A model generated the notes under the pieces. That model had not been told where the DNA came from. It saw only the letters and a program-made list of their open reading frames with translations, and searched no databases. Shown here in pieces: positions 32,653 through 42,731 of a stretch of 59,757 bases of DNA. The translations under genes were made by a program, and so were the position numbers. Location: positions 1-59,757 of the forward strand of contig JBKJLC010000062.1 of assembly GCA_046597055.1 (NCBI GenBank), in the 5' to 3' direction. Source of the stretch: Kofleriaceae bacterium (lineage in GTDB: Bacteria; Myxococcota_A; Polyangia; Haliangiales; Haliangiaceae). Every line of letters begins with the position of its first letter. Within the stretch, counting starts at the first letter, position 1.

Positions 32653-33990
32653 ATGAGGACGAGAACCCTGTTGCTGGTGATGGCGATTGGCCTGGCCGCG
32701 TGCGGTGGCGATGACGGGCTGCCGCCACCGAAGGTCGCGCCGCCCCAGGCCGGCGCCGGCGACGACGTGCGGTTCGCGGTCGACGGCTTCCAACCCTGGT
32801 ACCTCATCGGCAACGACCTGACAGCGGGTGACCCCGCGATCGCGGTGACGGTGCGTGTCGACCATCCCGAGCTGGTCGTCGAGGGGGTCGAGACCGTCGA
32901 CGTCTGGGTCGCTGGCGGCCCCGGACAGCGGCTGACGCGCGACCCGGCGACAGGCCAGTTCACCGGCACGCTCGACATCAGCGCGCTCCCGCCTGGCGAG
33001 CACGAAGTGCTGTTCGCCGCCGACGGCAAGGACCTCGCCTTCGCGCGCCGCACGTTCAAGCGCACGCACCCCATGTACTTCATGCTGACGACCGACTGGG
33101 ACTTCGCAGATCCCGGCGACAACTCGCTCCTCTATCACGACCGCATCCGCGAGATGCACCCGGACGTGAAGTTCACCCACTTCGTCGGCCCGTACACGTA
33201 CACCGACCCGGAGGTGACCGAGGCGCGGCGGACCGCGCTGACCAGCTGGCTCACGGCCCGGCGCGACCAGCACGGCGACGAGATCGGGCTCCACATCCAC
33301 CCCTGGTGCCACTTCGTGCGCAGCGCCGGATTGACCTGCATCACCAACCTGTCGACGGTCTACCCGACCGACGAGACCGGCTACACCATCAAGATGGAGG
33401 CCTACGGTCAGGCCGGCTTCGAGACCCTGCTGACCCGCGCCGACGAGATCTTCACCAGCCGCGGGCTGGGCAAGCCGGTGACCTTCCGGGCCGGCGCGTG
33501 GACCGCGACCAACGACACCCTCAAGGCCCTGGCCGCCAAGGGCTTTGTCGCCGACACCAGCGCCGCCAACTGGATGCGCCTCGAGGAGTGGGAGGGTCAG
33601 CAGTCGGGCGAGCTGTTCCGCTGGAACATGACGAACTGGAGCTCGATCGGCGACACCAGCCAGCCCTATTACCCGAACGTGTCAGACAAGCTGTCTGCGG
33701 CGGCGCCGGTCATCCCGATCCTCGAAGTCCCCGACAACGCCATCATGGTCGACTACGTGACGCGCACCGAGATGATCGAGATCTTCGCCAAGAACTGGGA
33801 CGGAACCCCGCTGACCAAACCCACCATGTACATGATGGGCTTTCACCCGGCGCCGAGCATGGACGTCAACGAGTTCTACCGGATCGACGGGATCCTCGAC
33901 CACGCCGACCAGTTCCTGGCCTCGAAGCACGCGGGCCCGGTGGTCTACGGCGTCCTCAAGGACATGCCGAAAGTCTGGCCGCGTCCGTAG
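32653..33990 (+). CDS. Lipoprotein with polysaccharide-deacetylase-like (NodB/CE4-like) domain
   Basis: LAAC lipobox, TTDWD, EIGLHIH and TFRAGAW motifs. Confidence 0.8.
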   Translation: MRTRTLLLVMAIGLAACGGDDGLPPPKVAPPQAGAGDDVRFAVDGFQPWYLIGNDLTAGDPAIAVTVRVDHPELVVEGVETVDVWVAGGPGQRLTRDPATGQFTGTLDISALPPGEHEVLFAADGKDLAFARRTFKRTHPMYFMLTTDWDFADPGDNSLLYHDRIREMHPDVKFTHFVGPYTYTDPEVTEARRTALTSWLTARRDQHGDEIGLHIHPWCHFVRSAGLTCITNLSTVYPTDETGYTIKMEAYGQAGFETLLTRADEIFTSRGLGKPVTFRAGAWTATNDTLKALAAKGFVADTSAANWMRLEEWEGQQSGELFRWNMTNWSSIGDTSQPYYPNVSDKLSAAAPVIPILEVPDNAIMVDYVTRTEMIEIFAKNWDGTPLTKPTMYMMGFHPAPSMDVNEFYRIDGILDHADQFLASKHAGPVVYGVLKDMPKVWPRP

Positions 33991-33997
33991 GCCCTCG

Positions 33998-35380
33998 CTA
34001 CATCTGGAGGCAGTAGAGGCGGGTAGCCACGCTGCACACCCGCGGCGACGGGAACTGGTGATTCGGCGATGCATCGTCGAAGCGCCGGGTACGGTTCGCC
34101 AGCGAGTTCGAGGTCGAGGTCCAGTCGCTGCACGTGTCGACGCCGTCGGCCGCCGGGGTCACATCCATCGACGTGGTCCCGACCCGAACGCCCTCATCGA
34201 GAATAAAGTTGGTGATGAACTCGTACTGGCCGCGCGCGGTCACGTTGAGCGGGGCGAACCGGACGGCAGAGGTGAAGAACGCCGCTGCCGTGCTGGCGAG
34301 GACGACATGGTCGACCCGCACCCACGGCGGTCCGCTCGTATCAAACCGAGACATCGTGGTCCTGGCGGTCGTCGGTGGCAGCGCTGCCAGGTACGTTCCT
34401 GGCAAGGACGCTGCTTGCGCCTCGCTCTGGCAGAGTGCGTCGGCCGAGGTCAACCCGCCGCCTGCGGTCCACAGCGCCGCGGTCAGGAACGCGCGCCTGA
34501 ACTGCGCCGGGGGCTGGACCGTCAACGGGCGCACCTGATCGATACCCAGGCAGTAGAGGCCGTTCGGGATGTTACAACTGCTAGCTTCGCCGTTTCCTGT
34601 CCAATACACCGTGCCGAAGCTCGGGCCACCCCCTGTTCCGCGACTTTCAACCAGCGCGGAGGTCCAGTCCACACAGTTGCCACCAGCGAGAGACCTCCCG
34701 TCGGGACCTGTACCCGTGCGAACCCGGTGCTCGACGGCCGCCGAGGTTTCATCCAGCAGCGGCGGATACAGGATCGCCCCGGCGAGGAGGCTCGCCCTGG
34801 TCGCGGCGAACGGTCTTCCGTCCGGGCGGACCCAGCCGCTGGCATTTCCCAAGCGGTCCGCCGCGTTCACGGTACTCGTCGAGAGCCAGGCCCGGTACGT
34901 CCCGGGCAAGCCTGCCGCGGCAGCCCGCGCGGTGCACATCGCATCCGCACCCGCAAGCCCACCAAGGTTTCCCGTCACGGTCGTCGAGGTCACGAAGACG
35001 AGGTTCGAGCGTTGAAACTCCGCGACGACCGTGGTGTCGGCCGAGAGCAAAACGGTGCAGGCGCCAGTGCTCGAGCAGCCGCCTCCGGACCATCCGACAA
35101 ACGTGTGACCGACGTCAGCCGTGGCGATGAGTTCGACACTCGCACCGATGGCGAAGCCCGCAGAGCAGGTGGTTCCGCAGTCGACGGCTTGCGGCATCGA
35201 GGTAACGACACCTGAGCCGGCGCCTGCCTTCACGATCGAGAGCGTGACGACCGCAGGGACCGCGTCCGTATCGCCGTCGGGAGCTGATGCGTCGTCCTCG
35301 AGTGCCGGGATCTCGGGAAACTTGCAGCCGACAACCATCACCGACAACGAGAGGGAGGCCAGGACGTTTCGCGCGATCAC
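33998..35380 (-). CDS. Surface lipoprotein with an Ig-like bacterial repeat and two DUF1554/endostatin-like domains
   Basis: VVGC lipobox, GSGVVTS..DCGTTC...FVGWSGGGC, then VFVTS...GGLAGADAMC...YRAWLS and a second GGLTSADALC...LYCLQ. Confidence 0.8.
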   Translation of the reverse strand: MIARNVLASLSLSVMVVGCKFPEIPALEDDASAPDGDTDAVPAVVTLSIVKAGAGSGVVTSMPQAVDCGTTCSAGFAIGASVELIATADVGHTFVGWSGGGCSSTGACTVLLSADTTVVAEFQRSNLVFVTSTTVTGNLGGLAGADAMCTARAAAAGLPGTYRAWLSTSTVNAADRLGNASGWVRPDGRPFAATRASLLAGAILYPPLLDETSAAVEHRVRTGTGPDGRSLAGGNCVDWTSALVESRGTGGGPSFGTVYWTGNGEASSCNIPNGLYCLGIDQVRPLTVQPPAQFRRAFLTAALWTAGGGLTSADALCQSEAQAASLPGTYLAALPPTTARTTMSRFDTSGPPWVRVDHVVLASTAAAFFTSAVRFAPLNVTARGQYEFITNFILDEGVRVGTTSMDVTPAADGVDTCSDWTSTSNSLANRTRRFDDASPNHQFPSPRVCSVATRLYCLQM

Positions 35381-36008
35381 AGTCTGACGTTACCGTGAAA
35401 GCACCGGTGCGCGTCGAGTAATTGACGGCGCCGGGGCATCGTCCTGTTTGTACCCGCCGCACGTGGGCACGAAGCGCCGCCGTCAGTGCGCGTCTCACCC
35501 TGCTCCCTGCGCCGAGGACCTAGCCCATTGTGAACAGCCAGCCAGCGAGTTTCGCTCACCACGCACCCGCGGGCGGCGGTGCCGAAGCGTCCAGCAAGCG
35601 CGTCAATCCCAGGGTCGTCGCTGGCCAAGGCGATGACGCTTGCATCTCGCTCGTGGGCGCGCTCGATGAACCCGCAAGGGTGTGATGACCGCCTCCCGTA
35701 GCACGGTCGACGCGCCAGATGGGCACGTGTGCGGCATCGTCACGCGCGGTCCGCGGTAACGTCCAATAGCAATGTGCGCCGGCCGTCCACGGCGACGCTT
35801 CCCTGCGAGTCGTCGGCGGCTCATCCCGCGCATTCGACGCCTCGGGACAGGCGCACCTCAAGCCATCCAGCCGGCGAGAGCGGCGTCGCACGGATTTGAC
35901 GCTTATCTGACGTGCGAGAATAGCTGATCGCGAGATAACCCGTCTTGTCGAGTTGGCGTACTCACAAAAACCTGCGTAGGATGCCAGTAACAATCAGGTA
36001 GGTATTTC

Positions 36009-36479
36009 ATGACCGAACTCGAGCAGCGCCTCAACGAGCTTGTCAGTAGCTTCATCAACGACATCAGCAAGCTGGCGCGCCAGACCGCGCTCGACACGCT
36101 GTCGCAGGCGCTGGCCGGCGTCGGCGGTACCGTCGTCGCCGATATCCGCATCGCCGGTGGCGGCGCGCGCCGCGGCCGCAAGCCCGGCAGCAGCAGCAGC
36201 GCCAGCAACGCGCGCCGCGCCAAGGGCGCCAAGCGCGCCCCCGACGAGATCGAGCAGCTCAAGGAGCAGGTCCACAACCATATCAAGGACCACCCGGGGG
36301 AGCGGATCGAGCAGATCAACGCGCGCCTCGGCACCTCGACCGCTGACCTGAGCCTGCCTCTCAAGAAGCTCATTGCCGACGGCGCGGTCCGCACCGAGGG
36401 CGACCGCCGCGCGACCAAGTACTTCCCGGGTGAAGGCACCCCGCGGTCCGGCGGCCGCAAGCGCCGCAAGAAGGGCTGA
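36009..36479 (+). CDS. Basic DNA-binding protein with C-terminal winged helix (myxobacterial family)
   Basis: N-terminal helix, RRGRKPG and KGAKR basic linker, HPGERIEQI...LPLKKL...GDRRATKYF. Strong codon bias and an AT-rich upstream region. Confidence 0.8.
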   Translation: MTELEQRLNELVSSFINDISKLARQTALDTLSQALAGVGGTVVADIRIAGGGARRGRKPGSSSSASNARRAKGAKRAPDEIEQLKEQVHNHIKDHPGERIEQINARLGTSTADLSLPLKKLIADGAVRTEGDRRATKYFPGEGTPRSGGRKRRKKG

Positions 36480-36572
36480 CGCCCGCCGGGGACGATGCAG
36501 GGCGGTGATCGAAACGAACCACCGCCTTTGGGGTAGAGTCGCGCGCGGTAGCTCTGCCAGGAGACTGTCCGC

Positions 36573-38348
36573 GTGCCCCACGACACCATTCCGCGCCTCG
36601 TCCTCGAACAAGCTCGTCGCCACCCCGCCAGCCCGGCGTACTTCGCCAAGCAAGATGGCGTGTGGCGACCTACCTCGTGGCGTCAGTACGCCGACGAGAT
36701 CCGTACCGCGGCCCGAGCCCTGATCGGGCTCGGCATGCCGCGCGGCGGCAAGGTCGCCTTGCTCGGTTTCAATCGACCCGAGTGGGTGATCCTCGATCAC
36801 GCCGCGATGATGGCCGGCGGGGCCGCCGCCGGGATCTACACGACCTGCTCGGCCGAGGAGGTCCAGTACATCGTCCACCACAGCGAGGCCTACGTCCTCC
36901 TCATCGAGGATCTCGCGCAGTGGAAGAAGATCGAGACCCAGCGCGCCGAGCTGCCGCTGCTGAAGTGGGTCGTCACGATGAAGGCCTGTCCGGCGATCGC
37001 CGATCCACAGGTGCTGTCGTGGGACCAGTTCTGCGCGCGGGCCGAGGGCGTGTCCGACCCGACGCTCGACGACCGGATCGACAAGATCGAGCAAGATCAG
37101 CTCGCGACGCTGATCTACACGTCGGGCACCACCGGCCCGCCCAAGGGCGTGATGCTGTCGCACCGCAACCTGGCGTGGACCGCGCAGACGATGGTCGACA
37201 ACGGCGGCGCCCGCGAGGGCGACAGTGGCCTGTCGTACCTCCCGCTGTCGCACATCGCCGAGCAGATGGTGACGATCCACATCCCGGCCGCCGGCGGGGC
37301 CACGGTCTACTTCGCCGAGTCGATCGAGAAGGTGCCCGACAACCTCAAGGAGGTGCAGCCCACGGTCGTGTTCGGCGTGCCGCGCATCTGGGAGAAGTTC
37401 CACGCCGGCGTGTCGGCCAAGCTCGGCCAGGCGACCGGCGCCAAGAAGCACCTGGTCACCTGGGCTCGTGGAGTCGCGACCCAGGTCACCGCCCTTCGCA
37501 ACCGCGGCAAGGAGCCGGGCGGCCTGCTCGCGGTCCAGTACCAGCTGGCCGACCGGCTGGTGTTCTCCAAGCTCAAGCCGGCGCTCGGCCTGGGCCGGGC
37601 TCGCATGTGCGTCAGTGGCGCGGCGCCGATCGCGCGCGACGTGATCGACTTCTTCGCCAGCCTCGACGTCATCATCTACGAGGTCTACGGTCAGTCCGAG
37701 GACAACGGGCCGACCTCGATCAACCTGCCGGGCGATACCAAGCTCGGCACCGTCGGCAAGGCGCTGCCCGGCGTCCAGGTCCGCCTCGCGTCCGACGGCG
37801 AGATCCTGGTCAAGGGCCCCAACGTGTTCCTCGGCTACTACAAGGAGCCCGAGGCCACCCGCGAGACGCTGATCGACGGCTGGCTGCACTCGGGCGACCT
37901 CGGCGAGCTGGACGCCGACGGCTTCCTCACGATCACCGGCCGCAAGAAGGAGATCCTGATCACCGCCGGCGGCAAGAACATCTCGCCGAAGAACATCGAG
38001 GCCGCGCTCAAGGAGTCGGCGCTGGTGAGCGAGGCGGTCGTGATCGGCGACCGCCGCAAGTTCCTGTCGGCGCTGGTCACGGTCGACGAGGCCGCGGTCC
38101 AGAAGTTCCTGGGCGAGCGCGGCGCGTCAGGCGCGGCGTTCGATCACCCCGAGCTGCGCGCGGCGCTGCAGCGCCAGGTCGACGACGTCAACGCCAAGCT
38201 GGCCCGGGTCGAGCAGGTGAAGAAGTTCACGATCCTGCCGCGCCAGTTCACGATCGAGACCGGCGAGCTGACGCCGACGCTCAAGATCAAGCGCAAGGTC
38301 GTGAACCAGAACTTCGAGCGCGAGATCGAGGCGATGTACCTCGAGTAG
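36573..38348 (+). CDS. fadD: Long-chain fatty acid--CoA ligase (AMP-dependent synthetase)
   Basis: IYTSGTTGPPKG, YGQSE, GWLHSGDLG, TGRKKE and ELTPTLKIKR. Confidence 0.93.
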   Translation: MPHDTIPRLVLEQARRHPASPAYFAKQDGVWRPTSWRQYADEIRTAARALIGLGMPRGGKVALLGFNRPEWVILDHAAMMAGGAAAGIYTTCSAEEVQYIVHHSEAYVLLIEDLAQWKKIETQRAELPLLKWVVTMKACPAIADPQVLSWDQFCARAEGVSDPTLDDRIDKIEQDQLATLIYTSGTTGPPKGVMLSHRNLAWTAQTMVDNGGAREGDSGLSYLPLSHIAEQMVTIHIPAAGGATVYFAESIEKVPDNLKEVQPTVVFGVPRIWEKFHAGVSAKLGQATGAKKHLVTWARGVATQVTALRNRGKEPGGLLAVQYQLADRLVFSKLKPALGLGRARMCVSGAAPIARDVIDFFASLDVIIYEVYGQSEDNGPTSINLPGDTKLGTVGKALPGVQVRLASDGEILVKGPNVFLGYYKEPEATRETLIDGWLHSGDLGELDADGFLTITGRKKEILITAGGKNISPKNIEAALKESALVSEAVVIGDRRKFLSALVTVDEAAVQKFLGERGASGAAFDHPELRAALQRQVDDVNAKLARVEQVKKFTILPRQFTIETGELTPTLKIKRKVVNQNFEREIEAMYLE

Positions 38349-38379
38349 CGGCCCGGCCCGGCACCGACCGCCGGGGGCT

Positions 38380-39474
38380 TCAGGAGACCAGGCGCTCGAT
38401 GAACCAGTACATGCCGAGCCCGAAGATCCCGCTGGCGAGACCCTTGACCACGTAGCGGCCGAACCGTGGGTCGCGATGGGCCAGCAAGATGAGCGGCGCG
38501 ACCACGAGCACGATCACGACCTGGCCCAGCTCGACGCCGAGGTTGTAGCCGAACAGCGCCGTGACCATGCCGCGGGTCGACAGGTCGAGCTCGGTCAGCG
38601 CGTTCGCGAAGCCGAAGCCGTGGATGAGCCCGAAGCCGGTCGCGATCTTCCAGCGATGCGCCGCGAACCGGCCGGTGAACGCCTCGACCGCCACCAGCGC
38701 GATCGAGAGCGCGATCAGCGGTTCGATCACCGACGACGGCGGCCGCGCGACCCCGAGCGCGGCGAGCGCGAGCGTGATCGAGTGCCCCAGCGTGAACCCG
38801 CTGGCGATCCCGACCAGCTGCAGCAGCAGCCCCCCGCCGAGCATCAGCCCGATCAGGAACAGGATGTGATCGATGCCATCCGGCAGCTGGAGGTCGCCGT
38901 CGGCGTCGCGCCACTGCCCGGGGGCCACCCCGATGTGCTCGACGCCGGAGCGCACGAAGTCGAAGAACCCGACCCCGGCGGCGCTGGTGGTGGCGCCGAG
39001 CACGAGGACGGCGACGGTCGGATCGACCAGCGTCAGCCGTTCGGTGCCGCCATGGGTCTCCTTGACCAGCAGCTCGAACCGGGGCGAGATGCGCTGCTCG
39101 CTGACGAACGGCACCGCCCAGCGCCGCTCGCCGGGCCCGGTACAGGTGGCGGTGCTCGCGATCGTCACGGTGCGATCGGCGAGAGTTGCGCTGGCCGTCC
39201 CCCAGCGACACGGGCCGGCACCGGTCGTGATCGGCGCCCGCGCGTAGGAGGCCTCGGCCAGCGCGGCCGCCCCGGCCTGCACGGCGGCGGCATCGACCGC
39301 CGGCTGGCCGAGCAGCAGCGCGGCCGCCTTGGCGTCGAGATCGAGCGTCACCGCGACCGCGTCGCCGTCCTGCGTGATCCGGAGATAGCCCATGTCGAGC
39401 GGGTGCGCGCTCGCCGCTCGCGCCAGGCCGATCACCGCGACCACCACCAGCGCCGCCAGACCGCGCCCCCTCAT
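38380..39474 (-). CDS. HupE/UreJ-family membrane protein with N-terminal extracytoplasmic domain
   Basis: ASAH signal, GVEHI...GIDHILFL, FTLGHSITL, FGLIHGFGFA and NLGVELGQ. Confidence 0.92.
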   Translation of the reverse strand: MRGRGLAALVVVAVIGLARAASAHPLDMGYLRITQDGDAVAVTLDLDAKAAALLLGQPAVDAAAVQAGAAALAEASYARAPITTGAGPCRWGTASATLADRTVTIASTATCTGPGERRWAVPFVSEQRISPRFELLVKETHGGTERLTLVDPTVAVLVLGATTSAAGVGFFDFVRSGVEHIGVAPGQWRDADGDLQLPDGIDHILFLIGLMLGGGLLLQLVGIASGFTLGHSITLALAALGVARPPSSVIEPLIALSIALVAVEAFTGRFAAHRWKIATGFGLIHGFGFANALTELDLSTRGMVTALFGYNLGVELGQVVIVLVVAPLILLAHRDPRFGRYVVKGLASGIFGLGMYWFIERLVS

Positions 39475-40781
39475 CGGCCCATCCCGAGCTGGCGCCAGCC
39501 GGACCCGCCCGGATCGAGCCGGGCCGCCTCGTCGGCGTAGAGCCGGGCCCGCGGTCCGGTCTCGAGCTGCGCCGCCAGCTCGTACAGCCGGGCGTCGCGG
39601 GCGCCGGTGGCCAGCGCGGCGCGGACGTGGATCATCGCGTCGTCGCGGGCCCCGGTGCGGGCGAGCGCGCGCGCGAGCTGGAACCGGGTCTCGGCGCTGG
39701 GCCGACGGCCGAGCTCCTCGCGCGCGAGCCGCACCGCATCGGCCAGATCGCCGGGCTGGCCGCGGTCGACCAGGACCTCGATCAGATCGAGCTGGTGACC
39801 GACGCCGTGATCGGCGAGCTCGGCGCGCACGATCCGCTCGACTTGCACCCGGGCCTGGTCGGCGCCGGCGCGGTCGCCCGCGAGCTCCTGAGCGCGGGCC
39901 CGGTCGATCAGGTACCGGACCTGGCGCGACGCCGCGAACGCCTGCTCGAACCCGGTCCGGGCCTCGGCCAGCTGTCCGCGGCGCAGCGCGAGCTCGGCGC
40001 GCTGCGCGAGCGCGAGCGGATGGCCCGGGACGATCCGCAGCGCCTCGTCGAACAGGAGCTCGGCGCCGGCGAGCTCGCCGCGGCGGAGCAGGAACCGCCC
40101 CCACAGCGTCCGGACCCGCACCGCCTCCTGCGGGTCGCCATGGCGCTCGATGGTGGCCGCGCGGGTGAAGTCGAACGCCGCTTCGGCATCGCGGCCCTGG
40201 GCCTGCAACACCAGCGCGCGCATGAGGTAGCTGCTGCTGCTCGGCGCCAGCGCCACCGCGGCCTCGGCGGCCTCGACGGCGTCGGGGAGCTCGCCGAGGG
40301 CCAGGTGAGCGCTCGCGAGCAGGAGGTAGGCGGACGCGCTGCCCTTGTGGACCAGAAGCCCGCGGCCGAGCTCGATCGCCTGGCGGAAGTCGTGACGCTC
40401 GCCGGCGAGCTTGGCCAGCGTCAGCGTGGCGCCGTTGGGGGTCGGCAGGATCGCGAGGGAGCGGCGCGCCATCGCCTCGCTGACCTGGAAGTCGGCGAGG
40501 TCGCCGTCCTGCTGGCCGCGGCGAAAGTACAGCTCGGCGAGGTCGGTCAGATCGAACGGGGTCACGGTGGGAGCCTGCACCCGCGCTTCCAGCTCCTTGA
40601 TCAGCCCTCCCAGCTCCGAGACCGGCGTCACATCGACCGCGAACCGATGGCGGACCACCGCCGGGTCGGGGGCCAACCCGGTGCGGGACGCGGCGGGCGC
40701 GCACTCGGCCGCCGGCGTGCCGCGACAGCCGAGCGCGAGCGCCACACTCCCGATCATCGATATCCGCGCGATCCATCCCAT
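39471..40781 (-). CDS. Tetratricopeptide-repeat lipoprotein
   Basis: ALALGC lipobox and repeated TPR-like helices. The stop overlaps the HupE start (ATGA). Confidence 0.85.
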   Translation of the reverse strand: MGWIARISMIGSVALALGCRGTPAAECAPAASRTGLAPDPAVVRHRFAVDVTPVSELGGLIKELEARVQAPTVTPFDLTDLAELYFRRGQQDGDLADFQVSEAMARRSLAILPTPNGATLTLAKLAGERHDFRQAIELGRGLLVHKGSASAYLLLASAHLALGELPDAVEAAEAAVALAPSSSSYLMRALVLQAQGRDAEAAFDFTRAATIERHGDPQEAVRVRTLWGRFLLRRGELAGAELLFDEALRIVPGHPLALAQRAELALRRGQLAEARTGFEQAFAASRQVRYLIDRARAQELAGDRAGADQARVQVERIVRAELADHGVGHQLDLIEVLVDRGQPGDLADAVRLAREELGRRPSAETRFQLARALARTGARDDAMIHVRAALATGARDARLYELAAQLETGPRARLYADEAARLDPGGSGWRQLGMGR

Positions 40782-40992
40782 CGAGGGTCGGTACGGGCCG
40801 GATGCCTCCGCGGATCGACCCGACCGCGCGGTGCGGGCAGACCGCACGGCGAGCCCACGCGCTCGCCCGCGACCGAAGAACATACGGGCGGCAATCGGGG
40901 CGATCCATTCCGATCCCACGCCCGTAGAGACGTCGGGGCAAGCGAACGCGAGCGCGCTGGCGTGCCTCTCAACGCTCACGAGGAGGATACAT

Positions 40993-41814
40993 ATGAAGAG
41001 ACAGAGATTATCGGCGGTCGTCTCGGTGCTGGCGCTGACGGGGGGGGTCGTCGGCGCGACCTACCGCGGCGGTCAGGCCTCGGATCACGATGACGGCGAG
41101 ACCGACCTCAAGTCGCGTGCGCTCAACCTGACCGATCACTACGCGTTCAAGTCGGGCACTGACCTCTCGTTGATCATGTACGTCAACCCGCGCTCGCTCC
41201 CGGGCCGGCAGTACTACCTGAGCACCGATGCGCGCTACGAGCTCCACGTCAGCAAGGCGGCCAGCAAGACCACCGCGCCGACCGCCACCAGCGACTACGT
41301 GTTCCGCTTCGAGGCGGGCGCGCCCACCGCGGCCGGCGTCCAGCCGCTCACGCTGACCGTGCTCGCCAACGGTACGGTGGTCGGTACCCACACCGGCACC
41401 ACGACCAGCTTCGCGGCCTCCAAGGCCAACACGGTCACCACCAACATGGGTACGGTCGGCGCCTTTGCGGTGAAGTACTTCGTCGGCCAGCGCGCTGACT
41501 CGTTCTACTTCGACGTCGTGCGCTTCTTCCAGGTCCGCACGTTCCTGGCCACCCGCTTCTACGGGGGCGCCAACGGCAACGGTAACAACACCACGGCCTC
41601 GCTGGCGGCAAACTGCAAAGGCGACGCGTTTAACCCGCGCGGTGTACCCGCCGAGACCGACCTCGATTCAATCAACCTGTGGAATCCGCCCAGCTGCGCG
41701 CCGGACTTCACCAAGAACCTGAACGTCACCTCGATCGTCCTGAACGTACCGCTCGCCTCGCTCGGCGGCGGCGCGGTGTTCGATACCTGGTCGACGATCT
41801 CGGTGCGCGAATGA
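40993..41814 (+). CDS. DUF4331-family secreted protein (N-terminal type)
   Basis: AGGAGG RBS, signal peptide, ASDHDD...NLTDHYAF, FVGQRADSFYFD and NVTSIVLNVP. Confidence 0.85.
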   Translation: MKRQRLSAVVSVLALTGGVVGATYRGGQASDHDDGETDLKSRALNLTDHYAFKSGTDLSLIMYVNPRSLPGRQYYLSTDARYELHVSKAASKTTAPTATSDYVFRFEAGAPTAAGVQPLTLTVLANGTVVGTHTGTTTSFAASKANTVTTNMGTVGAFAVKYFVGQRADSFYFDVVRFFQVRTFLATRFYGGANGNGNNTTASLAANCKGDAFNPRGVPAETDLDSINLWNPPSCAPDFTKNLNVTSIVLNVPLASLGGGAVFDTWSTISVRE

Positions 41815-41828
41815 AAGGCCGTACGACC

Positions 41829-42671
41829 ATGAGAGCCATCAACGCCACCACCCGGGGAGCGCTCGCGCTAATCCTGCTCACCTCCGCCTGCGGCGACGAC
41901 GACGAGAATAACAACAACAACCCGCCTGGCATCGACGCCCGCCCGGCGGACGCCACCGATGCGGGACCGGCCCCTGTCACCTGGCGCCAGGTCGAGCACC
42001 TGGCCCGCCCTGGCATCGCCGAGGCGCTCCTGCTCAGCAACGATTTCCTGGCTGGCTACAACGGTACCGCCCCCACCTTCGCCGGGGTTCCCGAGGCGAC
42101 GCTCGGCATGGTGGTCGCCGAGGCCAAGACCGTGCTGAAGGCGATCTACCTGGGCGCGTGCTTGATCAACGGAGAAGTTGGCCTGACCCCGGCGACCGGC
42201 CTCAAGCCCGCGGGCATGCAGTGCGCCGAGGTCGGAGTGGGCATGTTCACCGACTCGGTGGCCACCACGGCCGGCACGATCCTGAAGCCAGCGGTCGCAA
42301 CCGCGGCCCAGGCCTACGCCGACGCGGTCTTCGGGCAGTTCATTCCCGACGTGATGCGCATCGACACCGCCGCCGCGAGCGGCTACCTCACCCTGTGCGG
42401 CGCGGCCACCGCGGCCCCGCTCCTGTGTGGCGGGCGCAACCTCACCGACGATACGATCGACATCACGTATAACTACCTGCTCGCCGGCGCGGCGATCAAC
42501 TTGGACTCGCCAGCCCAGTTCCGCGCGCTGGTCAGCGACGGTGTGCAGTACGACTCGGGTGCCGCCGGCACCCAGAACTCGGGCAACGTGACCAGCCCTG
42601 ACCCGAGCAACCGGAACCAGTTCCATCCGGCGGTGTCGGGCACGTTCCCGTACTCGGCGCCGCCCATCTGA
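41829..42671 (+). CDS. DUF4331-family lipoprotein (C-terminal type)
   Basis: LTSAC lipobox, WRQVEHLARPGI, PDVMRID, GGRNLTDDTID and FPYSAPP. Confidence 0.82.
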   Translation: MRAINATTRGALALILLTSACGDDDENNNNNPPGIDARPADATDAGPAPVTWRQVEHLARPGIAEALLLSNDFLAGYNGTAPTFAGVPEATLGMVVAEAKTVLKAIYLGACLINGEVGLTPATGLKPAGMQCAEVGVGMFTDSVATTAGTILKPAVATAAQAYADAVFGQFIPDVMRIDTAAASGYLTLCGAATAAPLLCGGRNLTDDTIDITYNYLLAGAAINLDSPAQFRALVSDGVQYDSGAAGTQNSGNVTSPDPSNRNQFHPAVSGTFPYSAPPI

Positions 42672-42687
42672 CCGCCGCACCCGGGGG

Positions 42688-42703
42688 CCGAGCGATCGCT
42701 CGG
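42688..42703. terminator. Perfect 16-bp palindrome between convergent genes
   Basis: CCGAGCGATCGCTCGG. Confidence 0.4.
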
Positions 42704-42731
42704 AACCGGGGCCTCCCGCTGCCGGCTGGCG

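Noticed and set aside
41903..41921. AAC microsatellite as a phase-variation tract
   Set aside because: A short in-frame poly-Asn linker after the lipobox. Triplet changes would not shift the frame.
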